From: Verrucomicrobiota bacterium
Lineage (GTDB): Bacteria; Verrucomicrobiota; Verrucomicrobiia; Opitutales; UBA953
Assembly (NCBI GenBank): GCA_003569205.1
Contig: BGOK01000005.1
Location: 57,716 to 121,715, forward strand
DNA: 64,000 nucleotides
Direction: 5' to 3'
Positions 1 through 8,580 of the stretch are shown in pieces. Under the pieces are notes generated by a model. That model was not told where the DNA came from. It did no database searches and was given only the letters and a program-made list of their open reading frames with translations. The translations under genes and the position numbers were made by a program. Numbering within the stretch: position 1 is the stretch's first letter; each line of letters begins with the position of its first letter.

Positions 1-269
1 GCGAGCACGTCAACAGCGGCCGCCGCTTTGCCGACGTTGCGATTGCTAGCAGCGCCGGTTGTCGGGGAGACGCGTGGAGCGGCTGCCGCAATCGGAGCGG
101 GAATGGGAGCGACGGGCGGACGCGGGGCGCCACCTGCAGCGGGCGGGGGCGGTGGGGGCGGTGGCGGAAGCACAGCACCAGCGGGCTTAGCCAGCTTGAG
201 CTTAGGGGCCTGAGGCGCGGCGTTATCACCTTCAGGGGGAGGAGGGGGAGGGGGTGTCTCGGTGCTCAT
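1..269 (-). CDS. Proline-rich protein, N-terminal part (gene continues past window start)
   Basis: ATG at 269 on the minus strand, frame open to position 1: MSTETPPPPPPPEGDNAAPQAPKLKLAKPAGAVLPPPPPPPPPAAGG... It is absent from the ORF track because there is no stop inside the window. Function unknown. Confidence 0.3.
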   Translation of the reverse strand, partial: MSTETPPPPPPPEGDNAAPQAPKLKLAKPAGAVLPPPPPPPPPAAGGAPRPPVAPIPAPIAAAAPRVSPTTGAASNRNVGKAAAAVDVL

Positions 270-316
270 CGTTGGGGAAGGGAATGAAGCCGTTAAAAAA
301 GGGGTGAGTCAACCAG

Positions 317-580
317 TCAGTGCCAGATTTTGGGGCTAACGGCTCTGGTCGTGCTTGCGCAGGAGTTCGGCGACTTCACGGGGGTCGGCTCCTTGCAGAT
401 TCCGGCCCTTGCGCTGAGGTCTTCGACCGTCTTCACTACGGTTTCGGTCATCCGTTCGTGGGTCTCTTGAGAACCCCCGACGAGTGAAAAGCCTTCGCCT
501 TGGGTGATACGCTTATGCTGGTCGGAATTATCCAAGCCTAAGCCTAGCAGGTGGTTCGGGGAGCGCTTCTTGCGAGCCAT
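317..580 (-). CDS. Small conserved-looking hypothetical protein (87 aa)
   Basis: ORF track MARKKRSPNHLLGLGLDNSDQHKRITQGEGFSLVGGSQETHERMTETVVKTVEDL... The C-terminal third may be in the wrong frame: an alternative frame reads ...RKGRNLQGADPREVAELLRKHDQSR and would end at 336. Confidence 0.4.
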   Translation of the reverse strand: MARKKRSPNHLLGLGLDNSDQHKRITQGEGFSLVGGSQETHERMTETVVKTVEDLSARAGICKEPTPVKSPNSCASTTRAVSPKIWH

Positions 581-625
581 GGATTTACTTTAGCGGTGGC
601 AGTCATCGCCGCAAGCCTCAGCGGC

Positions 626-1489
626 TTACGGGTTCGCCTCAGGCGGCGGTGTATCGAATTCGGACCCACCTTCGGCGGTCTCCCCGGCGAACGGGGCTTC
701 CGCCTGTTCGCGCTTCGAGCAGACGATATCCTCAAAATTATTGTCTTGTTCGAGCTGCATGGCGCCCTAGCCTGGCCAATTCTAAACAGGCTAAGAAATT
801 GGCGATCAGCAGGGCCACGCTCGGGCGTTCGGGCAAGAGGGAGGTGAAGATAAACTTCGGCTCGGTTTCGAGGCGCTTGAGGATAACTCCATGCGATTCC
901 GACACGGTGACATTCTCGACGGAAAGATTTCCTGGCTGGATGCGCTCAGCGAGGCGGCGGAGGACGTTGTTAAGGTATTCCAGAGTTCGATGCGTTCGGT
1001 AGGAGCGACGGGCCGCACGACGGCGTCTTCGCCTTCATTTGCAAGACGTAGCGAGCGAGCAGGCCTTGGCGGTCATCGGCCAAGCCACGGATAATCGCGG
1101 CGGTTTCCTTAAACCCGTTTATACTGGATGAGCTGCTGGACGAGGGCCCAGCGTGGGTCTTGGCCTTCCGGGGTCGGGAGCGCTTTCTTCTTCGGGTCGA
1201 CTTTCGACCGGCAAGAGCATGCGGCTTTTGATATACATCAATGTCGCAGCCATGACGAAGAAGTCGCCGGCGAGCTCGAGGTTATCCTTCTCCTCCGTCC
1301 GAGGATTTCGAGGTACTGCTGGGTGACCTTCTCAATCGGGATGTCGTAAATATCGATTTCGTTCTTCCGAATAAGGAAAAGCAACAGGTCCAACGGCCCT
1401 TCAAAGACGTCCAGCCGGATCGGTAGGTCGGCTGGCGGCAAAATGCCGTCAGTCGGAATAGAAGAGGGGGTCGCGGATTGGTCCGTCAC
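626..1489 (-). pseudogene. scpA: Segregation and condensation protein A (ScpA kleisin), reading frame broken about 6 times
   Basis: The N-terminus [35 protein letters not shown] is a typical ScpA signature. The continuation [39 protein letters not shown] and FLACLELARLG can be followed only by hopping frames at about 1299, 1170, 1115, 1030-1060, 970 and 763. Confidence 0.7.
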
Positions 1490-1492
1490 AGT

Positions 1493-3643
1493 TCAGAACT
1501 TGAACAAACGAGCCCGCAGGTGGAAGCCCAATGCACTATCCCCGAACGCGGAAACCTTCTTCTGGAAGCCATATTCCACTTCCCATGAATTGCCGATGCG
1601 CTGTACCAGGCCAATGGACTGGTAGATGGACTGGTTAGTCAGGGCATCGTAATTAGTCGTAATAACTCCGGAATAGACGGAATTAAGGCGAATTTCGCCC
1701 GTCAACCAGAGCTGGTTGGCGACTTCGGCCTGCCGAAGTTGATACCAGCCGAAGGAGGCTTTCCAGAAATCACCGGAATTGAAGGAAATCGAGTTGAGCG
1801 ACTCGTGGGCAGCCCCGCCGCCGTTCGGGAGGCGCTGGTAGGAATCGATATTCACCCAAGGGGCGGGCGTGAGGCTGAGGTGGGCTTGGACGTCCGACTT
1901 ATTGCCGGTGCCAGTGACGGCATCCTGCTCCCAGTTAGTGAAGACGTCGAAGCGCAGGAGGTCGCGGGTACCATTGACGGTGTCGCGGGTCGCCAAAGTG
2001 TTGCGCACGCCCAGGCGAGCCGCCTGGCGGGCCGTGACGCTGGCGGCGTCAGGGCGGTCAGCTAGGTCGAGTTCTTGGAAGGCCGAAAGGGCCACGGCGC
2101 GGTCGGCTAGCGGGAGCACTCCAGCGCCTTGCTCTGCGCCCGGGAGGTAACGGTACTGGACGATCGGGCGAAGGCTGTGTCGCATGCCATCAATCGACCA
2201 TTTTTTAGCGATCAGTGCCCAGGAGCCGGTGAAGAGGCCTTCGACGTCAAAGCCGACTTGACCCATGACCTTAGTTTGGTTGCCGAGCCCGTTGAGAGCG
2301 GACGACCAATCGGTGGCCCGGGCCCCGATGACGGGTTTGAACGTCAGCCAGTCTCCCGCGACGAGCGGATAGGAGAGGCCGTAGTAAAGGTCGAGGCGCG
2401 CGGTGGACCAAGCAATCGTCGGGGCAATCCCGGCGGCCGGCTGTGCGTTCAGGTAGGCCAGGGCAGCGAAACCCCGTTGCCGGAGGCCGTGCTCACCCAA
2501 GGCTGTCTCAGTCAGGTCGAAGCGGACCTCAGGGAGCTTCTGGGCGACTTCCTGATAGTTGTCGGCTTTGGCGACGAGGTTCGCCGAGAGCAGGCCCCCG
2601 TTCCAAGGCTTGGTGACTTCGAGGTTCAGCTGCGGAGTGCCCGTGCGGCCGGAGAGGTTTGGGCGGAAGTCGCGAACAAAATCAGGGTCGCTTGTGGCGA
2701 AGAGTTGGCCGGCCACCTGGACGCCGTCGGCGGTGCGACCGTTAATCTCGCCGTATTCGAAGGTTCGCGTCCGCCCAGGGAGGCGGCCGAAGCTATCCGC
2801 CAATAAATCACCGCGGTCGTTAATGAAGCCGGCTTGGAAGAAGCCTTTCCAGTGCGTGGTGGCCTTTTGATCTTTGGCGTTATCGTACTTGAGGTAGGGG
2901 CCGACCAGGAAGCCTGACTTACTGTAGAAGTCGAGGAGAGCACCAACCCACAGCGAGGGCGTCTGGCGGGCGAGCGTCGTGGTACGAAGGTAGGTCCCTT
3001 GGCGATCCTTCGACCCCATGTTTAGGTAGATGTCGTAAGGGATATCTTGATACCCTTCTTGTCCGTAGTACGGGATGTAGAGGAACGGGAGGCCGGCGAG
3101 CTGCGGGCGGACGTCGCGGAGGGCGAGCCAATCATCCTTTTGGGTATACTGGGCGGAACCGATGTTCAGCGACATGCCGCTGGCGGCGGGTTCGTTGTGC
3201 CACATCCGCAGGCCCTTGATGGTCTTATCACCGTTCTCAATGCGCAGTTCGTCAGCCGTTAAGTAGACAGGGTTGCGGCCGAAGCGGACCTTGGTGGCGA
3301 TGACGATATCGTTCTTAGGATCAAGTTGGGCTTTTTCACCGAGGATGCGGAGGTTTCGCGTGGCGTAGACAACGTCGCCCTCCGCCGTGATGAGGCCGGT
3401 GCGGGTATCGAGTTTAATCAGGCGGGCCGAAAGGAACGCACCGTTCGCACTGAAGCTCGCGTTGACGGCGACGAGGACTTTGCCGTTTTCTTCGTAGCTG
3501 AAGCTTTGGCCAGAGAGGCCGGGCACGTCGGGCTTGGCTGCTTGTCCCGCCACCGGCCCGGGCACAGGCACAGTGTCCGCGGCGACGCCGCTGAGGGTGA
3601 GGCCGACGCTTGCGGCAAGAATCCAAAATCGACGGCCAGGCAT
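1493..3643 (-). CDS. lptD: Outer-membrane LPS-assembly protein LptD/OstA-like
   Basis: 716 aa with a signal peptide (MPGRRFWILAASVGLTLSGVAA). The N-terminal region is OstA-like (LITAEGDVVYATRNLRILGEKAQLD...VYLTADELRI). The rest is a long beta-rich body ending in the aromatic residue pattern ...RARLFKF typical of OMPs. Confidence 0.55.
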   Translation of the reverse strand: MPGRRFWILAASVGLTLSGVAADTVPVPGPVAGQAAKPDVPGLSGQSFSYEENGKVLVAVNASFSANGAFLSARLIKLDTRTGLITAEGDVVYATRNLRILGEKAQLDPKNDIVIATKVRFGRNPVYLTADELRIENGDKTIKGLRMWHNEPAASGMSLNIGSAQYTQKDDWLALRDVRPQLAGLPFLYIPYYGQEGYQDIPYDIYLNMGSKDRQGTYLRTTTLARQTPSLWVGALLDFYSKSGFLVGPYLKYDNAKDQKATTHWKGFFQAGFINDRGDLLADSFGRLPGRTRTFEYGEINGRTADGVQVAGQLFATSDPDFVRDFRPNLSGRTGTPQLNLEVTKPWNGGLLSANLVAKADNYQEVAQKLPEVRFDLTETALGEHGLRQRGFAALAYLNAQPAAGIAPTIAWSTARLDLYYGLSYPLVAGDWLTFKPVIGARATDWSSALNGLGNQTKVMGQVGFDVEGLFTGSWALIAKKWSIDGMRHSLRPIVQYRYLPGAEQGAGVLPLADRAVALSAFQELDLADRPDAASVTARQAARLGVRNTLATRDTVNGTRDLLRFDVFTNWEQDAVTGTGNKSDVQAHLSLTPAPWVNIDSYQRLPNGGGAAHESLNSISFNSGDFWKASFGWYQLRQAEVANQLWLTGEIRLNSVYSGVITTNYDALTNQSIYQSIGLVQRIGNSWEVEYGFQKKVSAFGDSALGFHLRARLFKF

Positions 3644-3709
3644 CCGTCCCAGACTTGTCGCTCCGGCCTACGTCTCAAGTATTTTCGGGGATTGCACGCT
3701 TGCGGCAAG
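3606..3709. repeat. Exact 14-nt direct repeat ACGCTTGCGGCAAG (3606-3619 and 3696-3709) with an internal 5-1-5 palindrome CTTGC-G-GCAAG
   Basis: Read directly from the sequence. One copy lies in the lptD signal-peptide codons; the other lies in the lptD/glgB divergent intergenic region. Confidence 0.6.
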
Positions 3710-3734
3710 GGGGGCGGACGTGGATTGTCCAAGG

Positions 3735-5921
3735 ATGCGCCACAGTCCCGCAGAGTTGGCCGCCCTCGTGGAGGGCACGGAGACCTGTCCGCACCGTTTC
3801 CTCGGGGCGCACCCTCTGGCCGATGGGGGGGTGGTCATTCGGGCTCTCTTCCTTGGGGCGACGAGCTGCAAGGTGCTTAAGGATAAGGCGTCGCGGGGGA
3901 AGGAAATGGCGAAACTTGCTGACTTAGGGGTGTTCGAGCTGGTTTACCCGAAGTCGCCGGCCTTCCGCTACCGCTTCCAGGTTGGTTATGCCGACGGGAC
4001 CGTGCAGGAACACGAGGACCCTTATCGTTTTCTCCCGACAATCTCCGAGCAGGATTTATTCCTGATTGGCAAGGGCGACGACCACAAGGTCTTCAATAAA
4101 CTCGGGTCTCACGTCCGCACTTTGGAGGGGGTGGCCGGTGTTTCTTTCGCAGTTTGGGCTCCGTCGGCTCGCCGTGTGTCGGTGGTCGGCGACCATAACC
4201 ATTGGAACGGTCGGGCACACCCGATGCGCTCCTTGGGGGCTTCGGGTATCTGGGAACTCTTCCTGCCTGGGCTCACCGTGGGGGCCCGTTATAAATACGA
4301 AATTGTCGGTGCCCACGATCAAACGCCGTTCATCAAGACAGACCCCTGTGCGCTGCATTTCGAGCCTTCGCCCAATCACGCTGCCATCGTGTGCGACGTG
4401 TCGGGCTTCGTCTGGAACGATCAGGCCTGGCTGGACCAGCGTCGGCAGGCCGACTCCCGGGCGCAGCCGATGTCCGTCTACGAGGTGCATCCAGCGTCTT
4501 GGCGTCGCGTACCTGAAGAGGACAACCGCGTCCTGAACTACCGCGAACTGGGTACGCAGCTGGCCGAATACTGCACGCGCCTAGGTTTCACGCACGTCGA
4601 ACTCATGCCGCCGTCAGAATACCCGTTCGATGGCTCGTGGGGCTATCAGGTGACGGGTTTCTACGCACCGACGCACCGTTTCGGCACACCGCTCGATTTC
4701 ATGGCGATGGTCGACACGCTGCACCGCGCCAACATCGGCGTCATCACCGATTGGGTGCCAGCGCACTTCCCACGCGACTTTTTTGCGTTGGCCCGCTTCG
4801 ACGGGACGCATCTTTACGAGCACGCTGATCCGCGCCTCGGGGAGCACCAAGATTGGGGTACGCTGATCTTTAACTATGGCCGCCATGAGGTCCGTGGCTT
4901 CCTAGTCGGCTCCGCGCTATCGTGGCTCGAACGTTTTCACATCGATGGCCTCCGCGTCGATGCTGTGGCGTCCATGCTTTACTTGGATTATTCGCGCAAG
5001 GCCGGCGAATGGGTGCCCAATCGGCATGGCGGTCGCGAAAACCTCGAGGCCGTCGAATTCCTCCGACAGGTCAACGCGCTCGTACATCTTTACCATCCCG
5101 GTGTGGTCACCATCGCCGAGGAGTCGACGTCCTATCCGGGCGTGACGAAGCCCGTGGCCGAAGGCGGCCTCGGCTTCGACTACAAGTGGAATATGGGCTG
5201 GATGCATGACAGCCTCGACTACTTTAAGCAGGATCCATTGTTCCGGAAGTTTCACCACGATAAGCTGACCTTCGGGATGATTTACCAGTGGTCCGAGGCG
5301 TTCGTGCAGTCCTTTTCGCATGACGAAGTCGTGCACGGTAAGGGCTCACTCATTGGCAAGATGGCCGGTGGCGACGATGCGACGAAGGCCGCTAACTTAC
5401 GTTGCCTATTGGCGATGCAGTGGGCTTGGCCGGGCAAGAAGACTTTGTTCATGGGCTGCGAGTTTGGACAGTTCGCAGAATGGAAGTTCGACGCTTCGCT
5501 CGATTGGCACCTCCTGAAGTATCCGTTGCACGGGGGGCTCCAGCGCCTCGTGACCGACCTCAATCGGCTCTACCGCCAAGATGGTTCCGTGGCGGCCAAG
5601 GACCTCGATTCGCGCGCTTTCGCTTGGATTAATCCGAATGACGGCGACCAGAGCGTGCTGTCGTTTGAGCGCCACGGCGACGACTGTGCGTGGGTGGTCG
5701 TCGGTAATTTCACCCCACTGGAGCGGACGTATCGCCTGGGTGTCCCTTTCGCCGGGAAGTGGGAAGAGGCTGTGAACACTGACTCTTTGCATTACGCCGG
5801 CCAGGGTATCGGTAACCTCGGGGGTGTGCAGGCCGAGTCCAAGCCGACCCATGGGCGTAGTCATTCGATCGAAGTGCGTCTGCCCGGTTTGTCCGTCGTA
5901 ATCTTCCGCCAAAAACGCTAA
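3735..5921 (+). CDS. glgB: 1,4-alpha-glucan branching enzyme GlgB
   Basis: GH13 branching-enzyme signatures are present (FAVWAPSARRVSVVGDHNHWNG, GFTHVELMPPSEYPFDGSWGYQVTGFYAPT, GVITDWVPAHFP, HIDGLRVDAVASMLY, IAEEST). I chose the internal ATG at 3735 (MRHSPAEL...) because the upstream part of the ORF overlaps lptD in antisense. Confidence 0.9.
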   Translation: MRHSPAELAALVEGTETCPHRFLGAHPLADGGVVIRALFLGATSCKVLKDKASRGKEMAKLADLGVFELVYPKSPAFRYRFQVGYADGTVQEHEDPYRFLPTISEQDLFLIGKGDDHKVFNKLGSHVRTLEGVAGVSFAVWAPSARRVSVVGDHNHWNGRAHPMRSLGASGIWELFLPGLTVGARYKYEIVGAHDQTPFIKTDPCALHFEPSPNHAAIVCDVSGFVWNDQAWLDQRRQADSRAQPMSVYEVHPASWRRVPEEDNRVLNYRELGTQLAEYCTRLGFTHVELMPPSEYPFDGSWGYQVTGFYAPTHRFGTPLDFMAMVDTLHRANIGVITDWVPAHFPRDFFALARFDGTHLYEHADPRLGEHQDWGTLIFNYGRHEVRGFLVGSALSWLERFHIDGLRVDAVASMLYLDYSRKAGEWVPNRHGGRENLEAVEFLRQVNALVHLYHPGVVTIAEESTSYPGVTKPVAEGGLGFDYKWNMGWMHDSLDYFKQDPLFRKFHHDKLTFGMIYQWSEAFVQSFSHDEVVHGKGSLIGKMAGGDDATKAANLRCLLAMQWAWPGKKTLFMGCEFGQFAEWKFDASLDWHLLKYPLHGGLQRLVTDLNRLYRQDGSVAAKDLDSRAFAWINPNDGDQSVLSFERHGDDCAWVVVGNFTPLERTYRLGVPFAGKWEEAVNTDSLHYAGQGIGNLGGVQAESKPTHGRSHSIEVRLPGLSVVIFRQKR

Positions 5922-5923
5922 GC

Positions 5924-6232
5924 ATGGCTCCTCGCTCCGATCTCTTCCGTCCGTTGGTCGCGCAAGACCCGGCGAATCCGCTATTCCGTTTCTCGCTGGG
6001 TCAGGAGTTACTGAAAGAAGGGGCGGCCGCCGAAGCGATTGAACATCTTCAGCTCGCGACGGCCTCGAAGGCCGACTGGATGATGCCGCGGATTTTGTTG
6101 GGCAAAGCCCATCTAGCGCTTGGTGATCGGGCGGCTGCGCGCAACGCCTTTGACGACGCCTTGCGCCTCGCCGTGGCCCAAGGCCATGAAGAGCCCGAGG
6201 AAGAACTACGCGCGCTGTTGGCTACGCTCTAA
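5924..6232 (+). CDS. Small TPR-like helical repeat protein
   Basis: 102 aa, starting 2 nt after the glgB stop. It has Ala/Leu-rich helical repeats (LGQELLKEGAAAEAIEHLQLA, LGKAHLALGDRAAARNAFDDALRLA). Confidence 0.4.
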   Translation: MAPRSDLFRPLVAQDPANPLFRFSLGQELLKEGAAAEAIEHLQLATASKADWMMPRILLGKAHLALGDRAAARNAFDDALRLAVAQGHEEPEEELRALLATL

Positions 6233-6233
6233 A

Positions 6234-8075
6234 TCACTCGACGCGTTCCAGCGTCACGCGACGCAGATCCATGATCGCGCCACCCTTCTTCTTGAGCGGG
6301 CGGACGGTCAGGGTGTTCTCGCCGGCGGTCAGGTCGAGGAGGCCGACTTCGCGTGGGATGAAGCGTTGGAAGTGGCCGGTTTCTTCGACCGTGAATTCAG
6401 CTTTGGAGGCGCCGACCTCGAGCGCGACGGTGGAGCCGCCGCTGCCCTTACTGCAGCCTTGAAGGATGCTCACGCGGTACTTGCCAGGCTTGGCGACCTG
6501 GAAGGTCCACGATGCGGTGTCGGTCGGGTCGACCCAGAATCCCAGCGTATCCTTTTGGGGCGGGTCTTCGTACTTTAGTTTCTTCGCTTGGACCTTCGCG
6601 TCACGGGCTTCGAGGAAGATGAGTGCATTCGGACCCGCCGCCGTGAATTCGTCCATCGCCTTGCGCCATTCAGCCATCAGCGGGCGCATGGCTTCAGAAG
6701 TCGGCAGCGCCTGAATACGCGTGGCGTCGAATTTCACGAAGCAGTTATCCCAGCGGGCGCGGTCAAAGTTGGGATTAGCCTTGATCGGCTCTGCACCGAC
6801 GCTGCGGCGCCAGGCTTCGAGTTTGCCGCGGAGGGCGGCCACGCGGGCGGGTTCGGTCGCAGCGAGGTCGGTCATTTCGCTCGGGTCCTTCGCGAGGTTG
6901 TAGAGTTCGAGGCTGCCGTCTTCGTATTGTTCGAGGAGTTTCCAGTCGCCTTCGCGGATGACCCCGGCGGGTTTACCGCCTTGGTTCATGTAGTGCGGCT
7001 GATGCCAGTGGAGCGCGCGCGGGGTGGCGTTGGCCGGCTTACTATCGAAGAGTAGGGGAGAGAGGTCTTTGAAGTCCTGAACCGCGGGTGGGGTGACCTT
7101 GGCCAACGCACAGATGGTCGGACAGATATCACCGAGGACGACGGGCTCAGCGATTTCGCGGACAGCGAGTCGACCCGGGAAGCGGATGATGAGCGGGGTG
7201 CGAATGCCGCCCTCGTAGAGGAAGCCCTTGCCCGCGCGTGTAGGCTCATTGTGGGTGGGCGGTGTTTCGCGTAGTTCCGAAACATGCACGCCGCCATTGT
7301 CCGAGGCGAAGACGACGAAGGTATTCTTCGCGAGACCGTTATCTTCGAGCGCCTTGAGGACGCGACCGACGGCGGTGTCGAGCGATTCGACCAGTGCGGC
7401 GTAGGTGGGGTGGAAGGACTTCGCGTTGGCTTCGATACCCTTGGCTGGCGCGGCGAGCGGAATATGCGGGTTGTCGAAAGCGAGGTAGAGGAAGAAGGGC
7501 TTACCCTTGCTGCGTTCGATGAATTTCACCGCCGCGTCGGCCTGGCCGAGTTCGCCTTTGCCGCCCTGCGGAGATTCCGCACCTGGATTGACCTTGCCGG
7601 TGAAGGATTCGTCAAAGCCGTGGTCGGTCGGCTGATGGCCTTTACCGCCGAGGTGCCACTTGCCCACCGCCGCCGAGACGTAGCCCTTTGGCTTAAGGAG
7701 TTGGGCGATTGTCTGGACGCCGTCCGGCAGATGCAGGTTAATGGGTGCGGCGAGTACGCGGTGCGAGGCACGGTCGCTGCGACCGGTGAGGAACGTGGTG
7801 ATCTTCAGGCGAGCCGGGCTCTGGCCGGTAAGCAGGCCGGCTCGCGAGGGCGAGCAGACCGAAGCCGCGGCGTAGGCCTGGGTGAAGCGGGCGCCTTCGG
7901 CGGCGAGCTTGTCTAAGTTCGGGGTGCGTTGGTCCTTGCGGCCAAAACAACCGAGGTCGTTGATGCCGAGGTCGTCGGCGAAGAGGATGACAAAGTTAGG
8001 CGGAGTCTCCTGCGCGGAGGCAGGGGAGAGCGCGAGCAAGGCACCGAGCAATAGGCCAAGGAGAAGGCGGGGCAT
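6234..8075 (-). CDS. Exported sulfatase (formylglycine-dependent arylsulfatase family) with extra C-terminal beta domain
   Basis: It has a signal peptide, FVILFADDLG, the CSPSRAGLLTG (C-x-P-x-R) active-site motif, and GKWHLG. The last ~150 aa look like a carbohydrate-binding-type add-on. Confidence 0.85.
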   Translation of the reverse strand: MPRLLLGLLLGALLALSPASAQETPPNFVILFADDLGINDLGCFGRKDQRTPNLDKLAAEGARFTQAYAAASVCSPSRAGLLTGQSPARLKITTFLTGRSDRASHRVLAAPINLHLPDGVQTIAQLLKPKGYVSAAVGKWHLGGKGHQPTDHGFDESFTGKVNPGAESPQGGKGELGQADAAVKFIERSKGKPFFLYLAFDNPHIPLAAPAKGIEANAKSFHPTYAALVESLDTAVGRVLKALEDNGLAKNTFVVFASDNGGVHVSELRETPPTHNEPTRAGKGFLYEGGIRTPLIIRFPGRLAVREIAEPVVLGDICPTICALAKVTPPAVQDFKDLSPLLFDSKPANATPRALHWHQPHYMNQGGKPAGVIREGDWKLLEQYEDGSLELYNLAKDPSEMTDLAATEPARVAALRGKLEAWRRSVGAEPIKANPNFDRARWDNCFVKFDATRIQALPTSEAMRPLMAEWRKAMDEFTAAGPNALIFLEARDAKVQAKKLKYEDPPQKDTLGFWVDPTDTASWTFQVAKPGKYRVSILQGCSKGSGGSTVALEVGASKAEFTVEETGHFQRFIPREVGLLDLTAGENTLTVRPLKKKGGAIMDLRRVTLERVE

Positions 8076-8134
8076 GCCTTGGGTTTAACGTCTCGCCGGG
8101 TTGTGCAAAGGGCAAAACCCACTTCGGTACCCTC

Positions 8135-8548
8135 ATGGACCTTCGTTTAATCCAATTCGGCGTGGCGTGCATCGATGTCGCGATGGCCGCGGTTTCCTGG
8201 CTGATTTTGCTCTGCACCTATCCTGACTTCGCTCGCTGGCGGCCCGAAGGCTTCGCCGAGGCGCATGAGGCTTATACCCGTCGCGTCGGCTGGGTCGTCG
8301 GGCCTCTGCTGTTCGCCCAGCTGGGGGGTCATGTCTGGCTGACCGTCATCGCGGGCGGTGGCTTGGGCCTTGGCCTTGTGCTCGTCTGCTGGGTGTTAAC
8401 GGCCGCCTGGTCCGTCCCGTGCCACCGGCGATTACAACTGCAAGGCCCTGCCTCGCCGGCCTTGGGCAGCCTCATCCATTCGCACGCGTGGCGAACGGCC
8501 GTCTGGTCTGGCTTGGCGATTTACTCCGTCCGACTGGCGGCGGGTTGA
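8135..8548 (+). CDS. Hypothetical integral membrane protein (about 4 TM)
   Basis: 137-aa hydrophobic ORF with coding-like GC3. No motif recognised. Confidence 0.35.
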   Translation: MDLRLIQFGVACIDVAMAAVSWLILLCTYPDFARWRPEGFAEAHEAYTRRVGWVVGPLLFAQLGGHVWLTVIAGGGLGLGLVLVCWVLTAAWSVPCHRRLQLQGPASPALGSLIHSHAWRTAVWSGLAIYSVRLAAG

Positions 8549-8580
8549 CAGCAACGGTCGGGGCGTAATGCTCAATACTG

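Noticed and set aside
28-213. Gly-rich 61-aa plus-strand ORF, and G-run clusters (about 120-260) that could form G-quadruplexes.
   Set aside because: The G-runs are the complement of poly-proline codons of the minus-strand gene starting at 269. This is a coding-driven composition effect, and there is no independent evidence for a structural element.
3692-3709. Reading TTGCACGCTTGC as a sigma54 -24/-12 promoter (TGGCAC-N5-TTGC).
   Set aside because: The invariant GG of the -24 element is TG here, and the spacing does not fit, so it is kept only as an unexplained shared motif.
8549-8580. Possible Mn-sensing yybP-ykoY riboswitch upstream of mntH.
   Set aside because: Only 32 nt separate the upstream ORF stop from the mntH ATG, which is far too short for that riboswitch. 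No conserved riboswitch elements are visible.
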